A stretch of DNA of 55,572 nt from a virus (taxonomy: Duplodnaviria > Caudoviricetes), in IMG/VR virus record IMGVR_UViG_3300043413_000016, positions 1 to 55,572 of that record. The stretch is one strand, 5' to 3'. The position numbers and the translations under genes are program-made. Numbering within the stretch: the first letter of the stretch is position 1; each line of letters opens with the position of its first letter. Positions 29,901 through 39,098 of this stretch are shown here, one piece after another. The notes below the pieces were generated by a model, which had not been told where the DNA came from, made no database searches, and saw nothing but the letters and a program-made list of their open reading frames with translations.

Positions 29901-32900
29901 GCCGTGGCCGCGCGCACCAAACGCTAGCGCAAGGTCGCCGTTCAGGCCAATGGCCTTGGGCGGGATGCCCATCACGTCGGCCAAGTCCATCAGGCCATCC
30001 CAGGCGTCATTCATCAGGGCCTGGCGCTCGTCTTGGTTGTTCCAGTTCCCGAACTCCACGCCGCGCAGGCCAAATGTTTCCTTGAAGTCCTCGCCGCGCA
30101 CGTCGCCATTGCGGCGCGCGGGGCCGGTGCGTTTGCGGTCAGGCGGAAGCGGCAAATCCGCCTCACCAAACGTGGTGTTCGTTTCCACGATGGCTACCGC
30201 GTTCTGCGCCATGTAGGCCATAGCCTCCTCGCGGGTGTCGAACTGCTGTTCAACCACCTTCACGCGCTTGCGGTCGCTGATGTCGCGCCAGATTTCGTAC
30301 TTGCCGTCGCTGGTGGGGACAGGCCTGTGCTTCAAGCCCACGGCTGCTATGGGCACAAAGGCGTCGGCTTCTTCTTTGGTGGCAAAGGTGGTGCGGCCAA
30401 CCTGCTTGGCCTGCCCGCTCCAGTCCAGTGACTTGGTATCGCGGATGATCCACCGGCCGGCGTCTTTCACCTCGCCAAGCATGCCGCCTGGGGTGACGAT
30501 TTCGCTGACCTGGAAGCGCCGCGCCCAGGCCGGGCGGTCGTCGTCAGACTTGCGCCGCGTGGTGCCGGTGCTGACTGCAGTGTCCTTGCGGGCACCGCCG
30601 ATCTTCTCGCCCACGTCCTGAATGGTGGCCTGCACCCCTGCCGCTGGCTTGTCTGCTGCGGCCTGGTGGGTGGGTGCGGCCGGCGCATCAAACAGCCCAC
30701 CCTGCCCCGCAGCCGCGCCAACATCAACAGCCCTGTCACTGCCAGTCAGCGTGAACTCGTCGCGCTCGGCGTCGGCCTTGGCTTTGTCGGCCAGCCGGCG
30801 CTGCTCTTTGGCGTCATCTGCTGCTGCGCGGGCTTCGCGGTCGGCGCGGGCGCGCAGGCCTTCGGCGTCCTGGGCTTCGAGGGTCAGCCCTTCGGCTTGG
30901 GTGTCAGCCCGCGCCGCAGCGCCTCGATCTTCAGCAGCCGCTGCCGCTTCTTCGGGTCCATTCGCGCCAGCTTCAGCAGCGCTTGCTTTCGCAGTCCCTC
31001 GGGCTTCTTCTTTGGCAAGTTCATCAGCAATCTCCTGTTCCGTGAAGCCCATGGCGCGCATGCCTTCTTCCATGCTGACCACGGCGCCCAGCGGCGCGTC
31101 GAAGTCCGTCAGGTCGTCATCTGTGAAGGCGGCAATCTCTGCCCTGCTGAAGCCCTCTTCGTTCATGATGGCTTCGCGCTCGGCCTCCAACTCGGCGGCG
31201 GCCTGGCCTGCTGTTCCTGCAGTTGCTGGCGCCGGGCTCGCTTCTGGTCGCGCGGCTTCAGGGGCTTGCTGTGGTGGTGCTGCATTGGCTGCCTTCTTGG
31301 CATCGACTCGCTGGCGCAGGGTTGGTGCAACCTGTTCAGTTTTGGCCGTTTTCTGTACAGGTTGCGCTGACGTGCCTACGGCAGGGCCTGTTTCTATACC
31401 TGTCAGCGCTTTTTGAACCTTCGGCCAGCGGTCGTCTCTGCTCAGAACAACTTGGGCATTGCCCTCTGGGCCACGAATGGCGACAAAGCCATCGCCAGCC
31501 GACACCACGGTGTAGGGCTTGCCGTCCATGGTGAATGTGCGGCCAGGGGTCACTTTCTCACTGGAAGATTTACCAGTGAGCGCCGGTTCTGCCGGCTGCG
31601 GGGCTGCGGTCGGCTTGACCACATCAGCCGCCGTGGTGCCGCGCGTGTTGTTGGGCTGCACTTGCTGCCCGGCTGGGCCCAGGGTCGTGGGTTGCGGGCG
31701 CACCACCCAGCCGCCTGCCACCTTGACGATGTTCTCGATGCCTAGGCCTTCGCGCTTGGCGCGCACCACCGCCCCCGACTGCGCGCCATATGGCATGCCG
31801 TCCTGCGTTGTGAGGTCTTGAGGCTCGATGACTTCGGCATCAATCGCGGCGGCCTGGCCGGCGGGAATGCCTTTAAACTCAGTTGCTTCGCCAACGGGTG
31901 CCATTTCCGTGGCCTCACCCGCTGGAACCGCATCAAACTCTGTGGCGTCCGCTGTTGGCACGCGACGCACAGGCGCCGGCATGGCGTCCAGTTGATTTTG
32001 AGCCGAGCGCCTGACGTGCGCCGGTGCAGTCTGGCTGGTTCCGAGCGATGCAAGGCGGATGGCTTCGCTTTGCTGCTCAGGGTCAAGTTGCCTGATTTCG
32101 CTCAGGATGGGCGCGTTGGCGCGTCGCGCGTCTTGGGCCGATGCAACGGCATCAGGCGCCGGCCGCAATGCGTCCTGCGCGCGCTGCATCAAGGGCACGC
32201 TGGTTGCCTTCATGGCGGCGGCCACGGCTTCGTCGGGCGTAGTGGCAGTTTGCAGTTCCTGCATGCCCTGGTCGGCCTGAGCTGCCTGCTCGACCTGCGT
32301 ACGTGGCTTGGCAATGCCCAGGGCGCCGCCCATCAGGCCACCGGCCATGCCTTCCATCGTGGCGCTGGAGTAGACCCCGGCCATCGGGTCCACGTTGAAG
32401 CCTTCATTGGCCAGCGCGGTGTTGGTGGCGAATTTCTCCTGCCCGCCCTGCAGCGCCTCGGGCCCGGCTTCAGCCGCCGCGCCGCCAATGATGCGCCGCG
32501 CTGCGCCTGGCGCTGCGTTGCGGGCGCCCTGCATCAGCGACTGGGCCACTCGCTCAACACCTGAACCACCAGCCAGCGCGCCGAGTGCGCCGCCAAGGGC
32601 AATCTGCCCGGTGTTGGGGCCGGTGTAGCTCTGCGCCTGGGCGGCCACCTGGGCGGCTTCTTCGGGCGTGGCGCCGGCTTCGGTCAGGCCTCGGCCCACT
32701 TCCTCGTAGATGTTGCCCTTGATGTTGCCCACGCCCTGGGCTGCACCAACAGCAGCCGGGGCCAGCCGGCCAGCCAGCAGCGCTTGGCCACCGGGGACCA
32801 TCGCGGCGGCCACGGTCGGGGCCATGGTGCCGGCCGCCTGGGCAATCATCTGCCCGGGTGCAACGCCGAAGGCCCGCACACCGGCAATGACCTGATTCAG

Positions 32901-33260
32901 CACGCCAGCGCCTTCGGCCTCCTGCAGGATGCGGCTGATTTCGGCGCGGTCACGCTTGGCGCCAGCGCTCTGCAGGCCGCCGATGAACTCTTCCACCGTG
33001 CGCAGGCCGCCTGACACCGGGTTGTCGGCGCCTGCCACGTCGGTCAGCATGCGCACGCCTTGGACGGCGCCCTGGCCAAACCCCAGCGCCAGATTGCCGG
33101 CTTGGGGCAGCCAGCCTTCTTTTGGGGGCTTGTAGCCCATGTGGGCTATCACGTCTTGCGGGTCAACGCCCTGCACTTCAGCGACTCGCTGAATCAGCGC
33201 GTCGTCATCCAGGGCCCGCAGGCTGGGGAACTTGTTGCGGTAGTCGTTGATGCTTGGCAT
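23988..33260 (-). CDS. large polyvalent (DarB-like, ejected) protein, 3090 aa
   Basis: DVGEKIGGARKD (LPD5-like), AHEWFHALD...HEMAARAF...PYP (LPD1-like), HEALH, HEILH, TGSHRLAA (ParB-like), YFPLHRFG (PLxRFG). Confidence 0.9.
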   Translation of the reverse strand: MPSINDYRNKFPSLRALDDDALIQRVAEVQGVDPQDVIAHMGYKPPKEGWLPQAGNLALGFGQGAVQGVRMLTDVAGADNPVSGGLRTVEEFIGGLQSAGAKRDRAEISRILQEAEGAGVLNQVIAGVRAFGVAPGQMIAQAAGTMAPTVAAAMVPGGQALLAGRLAPAAVGAAQGVGNIKGNIYEEVGRGLTEAGATPEEAAQVAAQAQSYTGPNTGQIALGGALGALAGGSGVERVAQSLMQGARNAAPGAARRIIGGAAAEAGPEALQGGQEKFATNTALANEGFNVDPMAGVYSSATMEGMAGGLMGGALGIAKPRTQVEQAAQADQGMQELQTATTPDEAVAAAMKATSVPLMQRAQDALRPAPDAVASAQDARRANAPILSEIRQLDPEQQSEAIRLASLGTSQTAPAHVRRSAQNQLDAMPAPVRRVPTADATEFDAVPAGEATEMAPVGEATEFKGIPAGQAAAIDAEVIEPQDLTTQDGMPYGAQSGAVVRAKREGLGIENIVKVAGGWVVRPQPTTLGPAGQQVQPNNTRGTTAADVVKPTAAPQPAEPALTGKSSSEKVTPGRTFTMDGKPYTVVSAGDGFVAIRGPEGNAQVVLSRDDRWPKVQKALTGIETGPAVGTSAQPVQKTAKTEQVAPTLRQRVDAKKAANAAPPQQAPEAARPEASPAPATAGTAGQAAAELEAEREAIMNEEGFSRAEIAAFTDDDLTDFDAPLGAVVSMEEGMRAMGFTEQEIADELAKEEARGTAKASAAEAGANGPEEAAAAAEDRGAAARADTQAEGLTLEAQDAEGLRARADREARAAADDAKEQRRLADKAKADAERDEFTLTGSDRAVDVGAAAGQGGLFDAPAAPTHQAAADKPAAGVQATIQDVGEKIGGARKDTAVSTGTTRRKSDDDRPAWARRFQVSEIVTPGGMLGEVKDAGRWIIRDTKSLDWSGQAKQVGRTTFATKEEADAFVPIAAVGLKHRPVPTSDGKYEIWRDISDRKRVKVVEQQFDTREEAMAYMAQNAVAIVETNTTFGEADLPLPPDRKRTGPARRNGDVRGEDFKETFGLRGVEFGNWNNQDERQALMNDAWDGLMDLADVMGIPPKAIGLNGDLALAFGARGHGLNSARAHYELDRAVINLTKERGAGSLAHEWFHALDHYFGRQDGKASATWVINKDGTRSLKTSSDATDDLASGGFTRNRSGVRPEVRAAYEKLLTTMTKRAETYVEDMAKVDKFTGATREELASALDSLRRDLSEQKDVRYWKRNNKPASAELLAEFDAIAKAMIDGDMLAITTDWTTVKVPSVSTPTGSKAVTRWTNDSLERLSAIYKQVRGRSGFDGTNQNGLMDRLRGNMNRYSQRLKMLAEAQSGTEKQRMVPTEFAREARELDQGRGGDYWTTPHEMAARAFQGYVKDKIATQGGTSRFLNYGPENAGILTPWGFKRPYPTGAERIAINKALDEFVGELKTRTDDAGNVALYSRTGSRAETNALKALSENDELFALPRSAADLRTALEAEFSPEAIGVLEQAGLLTIADRPGRGMPADAAGVTQNGTIGLFAANTTQGSTAVAYHEALHATLRATVGEATYTALMDRLAKIDALAKSPDSAVNRFFKQAAGRIPDDVTGEARLEELAAYSVEQYQADRERVPSTLRRWVEDLMAALRAGLAKALQAAGIGMKLRAKLLADPATLRKLARDGLQAMARQGMGQGMAPAFSRDTTRSMQPDDELEARSIIEIHPPRDRAKLATLVAGMQESGWEGRPILVWDNGNGTYALTGSHRLAAAKKADIAVPVVYVDADLFSAALEESDQTFDDVIGSGDDRVASLLREAGDTRAADLMDLEIDQPVPDSGGAKYSRALGAALTGKPPGKLTVQDLSRIGAKMAAQGYEPAEVPNLQATRKLAALVRRLEQGEISEPYFAMAVRNLALQMQDVSDTKAANRLMRDRERGADIVRERLIRARRQGDINPEAVDFALWALDKNPALAERLAISVRTPTEGGTAGDYNPAAEIVRLFKGADNVGTAVHEILHHAERMMTPEMQSAIRGEWAKALAKAIKNATPEQREALGNVTKAIAGDLEAYKALVKAIQQGPLNYDQHYQLINPSEFWAVNATRLLGNRFATKDSVWQRIGVWLDEAISKLKGLLGLRSDAPILRGLEAVMASDGSRQSDLMLTDAQKARFFDISRATGKLTAQDLLNAKGGIFSKAGETKADRVRAISEGARPFWLGAMTRDQIADMYGDEIPPVRDYDNLTRQMENERQGAAQKAEELYEEWSKIDAEVNDRLARVMLDATVAQVHPDKDDPPARATEEQRQAHAMLRAKYRMLPKDAQAMYAKVRDFHAGTLADLRKALEGRIARLIENRAERAVALADIRKRFDQYMQGGPYFPLHRFGDFLVIANRDSDGERVVAAYENAGEQAAAARALEADGFSVKLQMAKKYNRAMDGSAGKFIGDVLQVIDKMDMKEARIGASPTSMKEQLLDDLNQLFIKALPDLSYRKHFTHRKNTAGFSADVMRGFASSAFHAAGHIARLNHGDKMTFALEDAYKQIESAPEGDFTKHSQILGELAQRHDAALNPDTHPLSAAATQVGFVMYLGLSPAAGLINMLQVPMVALPYIGARYGFTRATAAMGKAYADIMGAKPNAKSGFNAAQSPKLSADERRAISTLQEEGVIDLTQAHDLASATSRDVGNQARSRASFAIARAMRIVGWTFHVPEVMNRQVTALMAYRLEMGKSANEEKAMDAAREAIKRSQFDYSASNRARYMQGNVARVVTQFKQFSQNMTYFLGRAAYQALKDESPEVRRIARNQLLSTFMVTGAMAGSLGLPGVSFFAGLVQGLVNALQGDDEEPWDWKTEYRNMLADKEWGEFMARGVPRALMPAWDISGRVSLSDLWWRDGGREGENPREAFANDMGNILGPTAGTILGWYTAADHMARGDYSKAVESVVPKFIRDPLKAVREGQEGITSYTGEPLMELTTAEIIGRFSGFAPARASEMFEGRNAVMNAKTALDERRQRLVSQMAKARIDGDMEAVDELRERIANWNRANPQMQITSTTIARSMMNRRRNTANTEQGITLPDSKDFLRERARFAEVG
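31557..31580. repeat. 24-bp palindrome copy 1
   Basis: CTCACTGG-AAGATTTA-CCAGTGAG. Confidence 0.85.
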
Positions 33261-33262
33261 GC

Positions 33263-34267
33263 TTACCTCCCGCCGTAGCCAATGCCCGACGTGTCGATTT
33301 CAGGTTGCGCGGCTGCGCGGCGTGCAAGTTCTGCTTTGGCTGCAGCCTGCTTGGCGTGGCCGTCAATGGCCGCCAGTTGGCGAAGCGTTGAAGTGCTGGC
33401 CGTTTCCATTTCGCCCTTTGGCTCTGCCTGGGCAGCCTTGCGCCTTGCCAGTTCCATCAGCGTGTTTTGCGGCTTGGCTGCCTCGGCTGGCCGGGCGTAT
33501 GGGTCTTTCACGTTCGGTTGCGAACGCGGCTTCACCGCATAGGGGTCTTCGGCCTCGCCAGCTGCACCGGCCTTGCGCTTCTCTGTGCGCTCTGTCGTGC
33601 GGGTGCCGCCACCGGGCAGCATTTCCTCTTCCTTGATCTTCACCAAGTCGTATTCGGCGTTGCCGCCCTTGCCGGCCAGCCCCAGCACGCCCAGCTTTTC
33701 GGGCTCGGTCAGCGGGCGCCCCAGGGTCTTCTCAATGGCCGAGACCTTGCTCATCAGGTCAGAGCCTGCTGACTGGCGGTTGCGTGCATTTGCCCGGCCT
33801 TGTGCGTCGGCCACGGCATAGGCGCGCTTGACCTCCAGCGGCAGCATCTTGGCGGCGCGCTCGATGCTGGCGTCGGTTTCCACGCCGGCCAGCAGTTTGG
33901 CGCGTTCGGCTTCCACGGGCATCAGGGCACGGGTAGAGTCTGCCTTGCGCTTCGTGTCGGCTGCAGCTTCTTCGTCTGCCGCTGCGCGCTTGGCACCGCG
34001 GTAGGTCTGGTCGTTCAGCCCGGCCAGTTCAGCTTGGCGCGCGGCCTCGGCCCTGGAAAGCACATCGGCCTTGGCCTGCTCGCGCAACACCGGGGCGCGC
34101 TGGTCGCTGAAGGCTGCTTCGTCCTGGCGCATCAGGCCTGCGTTCTTGCGCTGCAGGTCGGCCAGCATCTGCGCCCGCTTGGCTGCCAAGTCCTCGTCAA
34201 TGTACTTGGTCAGGATCTGGTCGCCGGCCTGGGCTGCCCCGGCCAAGGCCGCTTTGAACAGGCTCAT
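33263..34267 (-). CDS. putative ejection/internal virion protein
   Basis: Helical Ala-rich ORF just upstream of the giant gene. Confidence 0.7.
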   Translation of the reverse strand: MSLFKAALAGAAQAGDQILTKYIDEDLAAKRAQMLADLQRKNAGLMRQDEAAFSDQRAPVLREQAKADVLSRAEAARQAELAGLNDQTYRGAKRAAADEEAAADTKRKADSTRALMPVEAERAKLLAGVETDASIERAAKMLPLEVKRAYAVADAQGRANARNRQSAGSDLMSKVSAIEKTLGRPLTEPEKLGVLGLAGKGGNAEYDLVKIKEEEMLPGGGTRTTERTEKRKAGAAGEAEDPYAVKPRSQPNVKDPYARPAEAAKPQNTLMELARRKAAQAEPKGEMETASTSTLRQLAAIDGHAKQAAAKAELARRAAAQPEIDTSGIGYGGR

Positions 34268-34830
34268 CAGTCGTCCTCCGCTTCAGGCGGTTCGTCATCT
34301 TCTGCATCTTCTTCTGGCTGTCCGGGCAGTTCCTCGCCGGGTTCTTCTTCCGCAGGCATGCCATCACCCACGGACTGACCACCCACGCGCTTCTGCGCCT
34401 CTTGCATGATCTGCTCATCCGTGGCGCCCATCTTCTTGGCAAGGATGGTCAGCGCCACCCGCATGCCTTCGTCAAAGTCTTCCTGCGTCACCTTGATGCC
34501 GGCCGCTTGCAGCGTGTCGGCCGACTCGATCAGCAGGCCACCAGCTGCGGGGAACAGGGCTTCCACCGGGATGCCGTTGGGGGCCTGCTGGTCCAGCGTC
34601 AGCACCAAGCCGGCCACGTTCTGGCCCAGCTTCATACCTACCGGCTGGTCAGCCTGCACGGCGGCCATGACCTCTTCTCGCATTTCGGGGCTGTACATCA
34701 CCTTCATCCCAGCAGCCACCACGCGCGCAACCGCGTCCTCCTGGCCCTTGGGGATGAAGGCCTTGACGTTGGGCCGCTTGAACGATGGCGCGGCGGTCTT
34801 GGCCGCCTGCATCAAGGAGGGTTGTTCCAC
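34267..34830 (-). CDS. hypothetical protein with acidic tail
   Basis: Coupled ORF. Confidence 0.75.
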   Translation of the reverse strand: MEQPSLMQAAKTAAPSFKRPNVKAFIPKGQEDAVARVVAAGMKVMYSPEMREEVMAAVQADQPVGMKLGQNVAGLVLTLDQQAPNGIPVEALFPAAGGLLIESADTLQAAGIKVTQEDFDEGMRVALTILAKKMGATDEQIMQEAQKRVGGQSVGDGMPAEEEPGEELPGQPEEDAEDDEPPEAEDD

Positions 34831-34833
34831 TGG

Positions 34834-35679
34834 TCATCTCCCGGCAGGCTGTTGGTACTTCAGGCGAATGGGTGAATTGGCGTTCTGCCGTGCGCGCTCC
34901 ATCAGGCTCTTCTGGTAGTCAATTGCCTGCTGCTGCGGGCCGTATGCGCCCTGGATGGCGCCCATGGCAATCTTGGTCAGTTCCGGGTTCTTCTGCACGA
35001 AGTTGCCCGCCTTGCCCAGTAGGCTGCCCGCGCCGTCCCAGGCTTGGCCCATCAGGCTGCTGCCTTTCTTGATGGCGCTGTCCATCCACTGCGCCAGATC
35101 TTGCTGGGTCATCGTGGACGCGGCCTGATTCAGCGGTCCCTGTGTCGGTTGCACCGGCTGCGTGCTGAACTGCTCCAGCAGGCTCGGCTGGTTGCCTGTC
35201 AGGGTCTCGGCAATGCCTGCACTCGGACTGGCCTGCTGCGCGGCCGCTGCCCGCTCAATGGCTTGCGGCCCCATGCGCGGCGGTTGCACTGCTTCAGATG
35301 CACCAAGTGTCGGTTGCCCCAGGTCTGTGCCCACGGAACCAATGGGACGGCCGGCCGCTTCCAGTGCGGTGGCCTCGCTCACAGCGCTGGCCGAGTCACT
35401 GGCAAGGTCCATCTGGTTGGTGTAGTCGCCTGCCGTGGCGGCAGTGTCGATGCCCGCTGTGCTGGACCAGAAGCCAAGCGCACTAGACAGGCCACCAAGC
35501 GCTCCAAGCGTAGAACCTAGCTTCTGCGCATCCTTGTCGTTTGCCAGCAGGCCAACAGCGGCAAACATTCCGCCCATGGCCGTGAGTGCGCCAGCAACGG
35601 TGAACGTGCCGGCTGCAATGGCGGCGCTGACCGCGACTGCGCCGCTGTAGGCGGCAATTACGGGAATTACGACGGCCAT
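34834..35679 (-). CDS. putative ejection protein
   Basis: Hydrophobic Gly/Ala N-terminus MAVVIPVIAA... Confidence 0.7.
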   Translation of the reverse strand: MAVVIPVIAAYSGAVAVSAAIAAGTFTVAGALTAMGGMFAAVGLLANDKDAQKLGSTLGALGGLSSALGFWSSTAGIDTAATAGDYTNQMDLASDSASAVSEATALEAAGRPIGSVGTDLGQPTLGASEAVQPPRMGPQAIERAAAAQQASPSAGIAETLTGNQPSLLEQFSTQPVQPTQGPLNQAASTMTQQDLAQWMDSAIKKGSSLMGQAWDGAGSLLGKAGNFVQKNPELTKIAMGAIQGAYGPQQQAIDYQKSLMERARQNANSPIRLKYQQPAGR

Positions 35680-35689
35680 GTGATGCTTT

Positions 35690-36142
35690 CTAGGCGTACG
35701 TGGCGCCCTTGTTGTAGACACAGGTGGTGACCTGCTGCGTGAACCCGTACCGCGCCAGCAGGCGCAGCGCGCGCGGGTCGGCATGGAATTCCTGCGGAAA
35801 CTGCACCCGCCGAATGCGCATGTCGCCTTCAGCCCAGGCCCGCAGAGCTGCAATCAGCTTGCGGCCAACCCCAGGCGCCACCGATCTGCACATCACCACA
35901 TGGGCCTCAAAGCGCTCGAAAAACAGCATGTCCGACACGGCCGCAGCCAGCGCCGCAACAACCCGGCCGCCTTCAACGGCAATCTGGTGGAAGTCGGTCT
36001 GCGATGCGCCAAAATGCTGCACCACATGCTCGACCTTTGCGCGCTGCAGCCGAAGGCTCGGGTACAGGTCGCAGCGCATGCCTTCAATGGCAAAGTCTGC
36101 AACCTGCTGGTAGTCGTCGGGAGTCATGCGCCGCAGTTCCAC
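35690..36142 (-). CDS. GNAT-like acetyltransferase
   Basis: LRRMTPDD...GVGRKLI...LLARYGF. Confidence 0.75.
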   Translation of the reverse strand: MELRRMTPDDYQQVADFAIEGMRCDLYPSLRLQRAKVEHVVQHFGASQTDFHQIAVEGGRVVAALAAAVSDMLFFERFEAHVVMCRSVAPGVGRKLIAALRAWAEGDMRIRRVQFPQEFHADPRALRLLARYGFTQQVTTCVYNKGATYA

Positions 36143-36182
36143 TCGGGTATTGTCCGAGGCGGCGTTCAGCCAAATGTGGGCG

Positions 36183-37040
36183 CTATGTGCCGTTCACCTG
36201 CCAATCTGGCGGGCCGCCAGGAGTGCCCGGGGCGGGCTCCTGGCTTGGCGGCGCGGCATCAGCGCCCGGAGTCTGCGGCGCCGGTTGAACGCCAAACGAA
36301 AGCAAGTCGCTCACGTCAATGGCACCGCCCGTCAGCTTCTTCCAGAAGTTGCTGTAGCTCTGGAACGACTGCAGGTTGTTGTTGATGAGTGCCGCCTTGG
36401 TGGTTTCGTCAAGGTTCGGGTCCGTCTGGATGGCCGCAATGCCCTGCATCGTCGTGCCCCAGGCGTTGCTGATGTTGGCGCTGTCCTGGATCTCGTTCTT
36501 GTACTTGGCCTCAATCTCGGCCAGCTTGATCCTGCTGTCCACGTCCATCTTGGCCAGGGCGGCCTTCTGGCCCAGCTCGGCGTCAAACATACGCGCGTTG
36601 TCTGCGCGCGTGGCATCGAACTGTCGCGCCTGCTCGGCCAGGTTCTGGCTGAACTGGCCCTGGTTCACGTCCAATTCCAGCCCGCGGGTGTTGGCCGCGA
36701 TGTTGTTGTTGGCGTTCTGGATGTTGGCCGTGTTCTTGGCTTGCTGGTTGGCCAGGTTCTGCTGCTGGAACAACTGAGCATCGGCCGACGCGATAGGCGT
36801 TGCCGTCTCAATCACGGCCTGCTCGCCGGCTTGCACGCCCAGGCTGGAGTTGAGCAACCCACGGTTTGACGATGCCTGCGCGGCCTTGGTGCGCGCGGTC
36901 TGCATCAGCGGTGATGCACTGTTGGTGATGCTGTTCACGCGGCCAGCAACGCCCTTCGACTCGTCAAACTGCTGAACGTCGGGCTGGATGGTGTTCTTCT
37001 TGGCAACGTCATCAAGCGCGTTTTGGAACAAGGTGGCCAT
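36183..37040 (-). CDS. putative ejection/pilot protein
   Basis: NRGLLNSS motif; Gln/Asn-rich. Confidence 0.7.
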   Translation of the reverse strand: MATLFQNALDDVAKKNTIQPDVQQFDESKGVAGRVNSITNSASPLMQTARTKAAQASSNRGLLNSSLGVQAGEQAVIETATPIASADAQLFQQQNLANQQAKNTANIQNANNNIAANTRGLELDVNQGQFSQNLAEQARQFDATRADNARMFDAELGQKAALAKMDVDSRIKLAEIEAKYKNEIQDSANISNAWGTTMQGIAAIQTDPNLDETTKAALINNNLQSFQSYSNFWKKLTGGAIDVSDLLSFGVQPAPQTPGADAAPPSQEPAPGTPGGPPDWQVNGT

Positions 37041-37061
37041 GGTGGTCTTTCGGTGGGTTGG

Positions 37062-39098
37062 TCAGGCGACCATGATGTCGTCAAGGCCGATCACATCGCG
37101 CGGCGAAACCACGTGGCTCACCGGGTTGGTGTAGGAGTTTTCTGTCAAGTCTGTGTAGTAGACCGGCTGTATCACAACACTGGTGAACGGCAATTCGTTG
37201 GTCACGCCCCAGAATCGCAGCAGGCTATCTGGCGATGGCAGCGCGGTTGCTTTCGGCAGGTAGTACGACACACCGGAGCCATCAGCACGCCGCAGCGTCA
37301 CCCGCAGCGTGGCGTTCTGGTTGCCAAGGTCTGTGACATAGAAGCCCAGGTTCGTGCGCGCGGCCGGCAGCACAATGGTCAACTCGTCGTTCAACTCGTA
37401 CCACTTGGAACCGCCTGCAGTCGTGTTCCAGCGAAGCGACCCAGCGCTGTTGTCGATGGTGTCAATGCTCACGTCCGCCGCGTGCGTCACCGTGTACTGA
37501 ACAGGCAGGAACGTTGCGTTGAAACTGGTTGCGCCGTTCGAGAATGCCATCGGCGTGCTGAGAGTCACCAGTCCAAGCGATGCCGCCTCGAAGTCGCACA
37601 CAAACGGCGTACCTGCCGTTGCAACCCAGGAATTGCGCGCTGTCTGTGCCGCGCCGGTCACCGTCTTGGCTGCATCGCCAGCAGTGTTGGCGCCGTAGAA
37701 CACGGTCGGGCTTGCTGACGGCGTGCAGGTCACAACCTCGCCCACTACAAAATCGTCGAAGCCCACAAAGTCCCGCTGTGACGGGTTGGTGCTGTACTGC
37801 CTGACGTGGGCCTCAATGCGGTTGAATGGCAGGTTGCCGTTGGCGTACCCCATCCACATGGCCTCTGACGTGCGTGGCTTGTCCGCTGAAATGGTCGGCG
37901 GCGCAACAACTCGCACCAGCGACGATCCGTTGAACAGGCGAAACTCCACTTCGCCTTCTCGCACGTCGCCCAGGTCCATGATGTAGCAACCAAAGGCCGT
38001 GCGCGCGGCAGTGAGGGTGATAGCCCATCCGCTTGACGTTTCCAGCCAGTTGCCAGACACGTTGGCCGATGCGTTGAAGCGCCCGTTGCCGGGCTGCGTC
38101 AAGTTGTTTGCGAAATACAGCGTCGAACTCGCGCCCAGGCCGAAGCGCTCTATGGTGCCGAAGCCTGACCACATAGATACCGTCGTCGTAATGTTGGACG
38201 TTGAGGCCGCAACATGGTCCATGTTTGCAGCAAGCGACGACTGCAATCCAGACACAAACGTGGTCTTTGCAGTCACTGCCGGGCCGCTTTGTGGCATGCC
38301 ATCGTCCAGTGGCGTGCCGCCAAAGCTCTGCGCCTGCTTGACCATGACCACAAGCTCGCCGCAGTTGGGCTGCGCGGTTGGCGACGGGGTGCACACCTCA
38401 TGCGTGCCAATGGTGAAATCGTCAAAGCCTACGTAGTCGTAGTCCGCGGAATCAGCAGCTGACTGCGTGATGATGAAGCGAACCAAGTTGAATGGAACAG
38501 CGGTGTTCTCGTAGCCCACCCACATGGCTTCATCTGAACTGGGCGAATCAGGTGGATTGTGTGGAACCGTCACCCGCTCAAGAAGCGTAGCCCCGCTGTA
38601 ATACTCAATCGTTAGGGTAGCCCCTTCGTCAAACGTTCCGTGGTCTCCAAGATCCATGACGTAGAAGCCAAACGCCGTCTTTGGTGGGCTCAACGTAACG
38701 TCAAATGAAGAATCTGACTCCAGCCAGTTTCCTGCGCCTGCAGAGCTCGTGTTGAATCGTCCATTCAGCCCGGACGTGGTGATGGTTGCGTCCACCACCT
38801 GAGTAACAGCAAACGGGTCAAGCGCAACAAGAGAACCCGCCCCACCAAACAGCGGGAGCGGGGTCCCGCCGCTGTAGTAGACGCTCGTGGACGGCGCTAC
38901 ACCCTGCAAGTTGTCTGTTTGACTTGAAAGCAGGCCAGCCAGCCATTCGTTTCGAGCGACGGCTGCGGCACCAGCCTGAAACATCCCCGAAGGCCCTGGC
39001 GGGTTGCCTTTCGGCTGCTGGACCATGACCACGCGCTCATAGCAAAAGAACGGCGCGGCAGCAACGGCCCCATACATCGGCTGCATGCTCGCACTCAT
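37062..39098 (-). CDS. virion protein with three tandem ~200-aa beta-rich repeats
   Basis: Repeated GRFN/WLE/FGFYVMDLGD/PFN/VGFDD motifs. Confidence 0.8.
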   Translation of the reverse strand: MSASMQPMYGAVAAAPFFCYERVVMVQQPKGNPPGPSGMFQAGAAAVARNEWLAGLLSSQTDNLQGVAPSTSVYYSGGTPLPLFGGAGSLVALDPFAVTQVVDATITTSGLNGRFNTSSAGAGNWLESDSSFDVTLSPPKTAFGFYVMDLGDHGTFDEGATLTIEYYSGATLLERVTVPHNPPDSPSSDEAMWVGYENTAVPFNLVRFIITQSAADSADYDYVGFDDFTIGTHEVCTPSPTAQPNCGELVVMVKQAQSFGGTPLDDGMPQSGPAVTAKTTFVSGLQSSLAANMDHVAASTSNITTTVSMWSGFGTIERFGLGASSTLYFANNLTQPGNGRFNASANVSGNWLETSSGWAITLTAARTAFGCYIMDLGDVREGEVEFRLFNGSSLVRVVAPPTISADKPRTSEAMWMGYANGNLPFNRIEAHVRQYSTNPSQRDFVGFDDFVVGEVVTCTPSASPTVFYGANTAGDAAKTVTGAAQTARNSWVATAGTPFVCDFEAASLGLVTLSTPMAFSNGATSFNATFLPVQYTVTHAADVSIDTIDNSAGSLRWNTTAGGSKWYELNDELTIVLPAARTNLGFYVTDLGNQNATLRVTLRRADGSGVSYYLPKATALPSPDSLLRFWGVTNELPFTSVVIQPVYYTDLTENSYTNPVSHVVSPRDVIGLDDIMVA

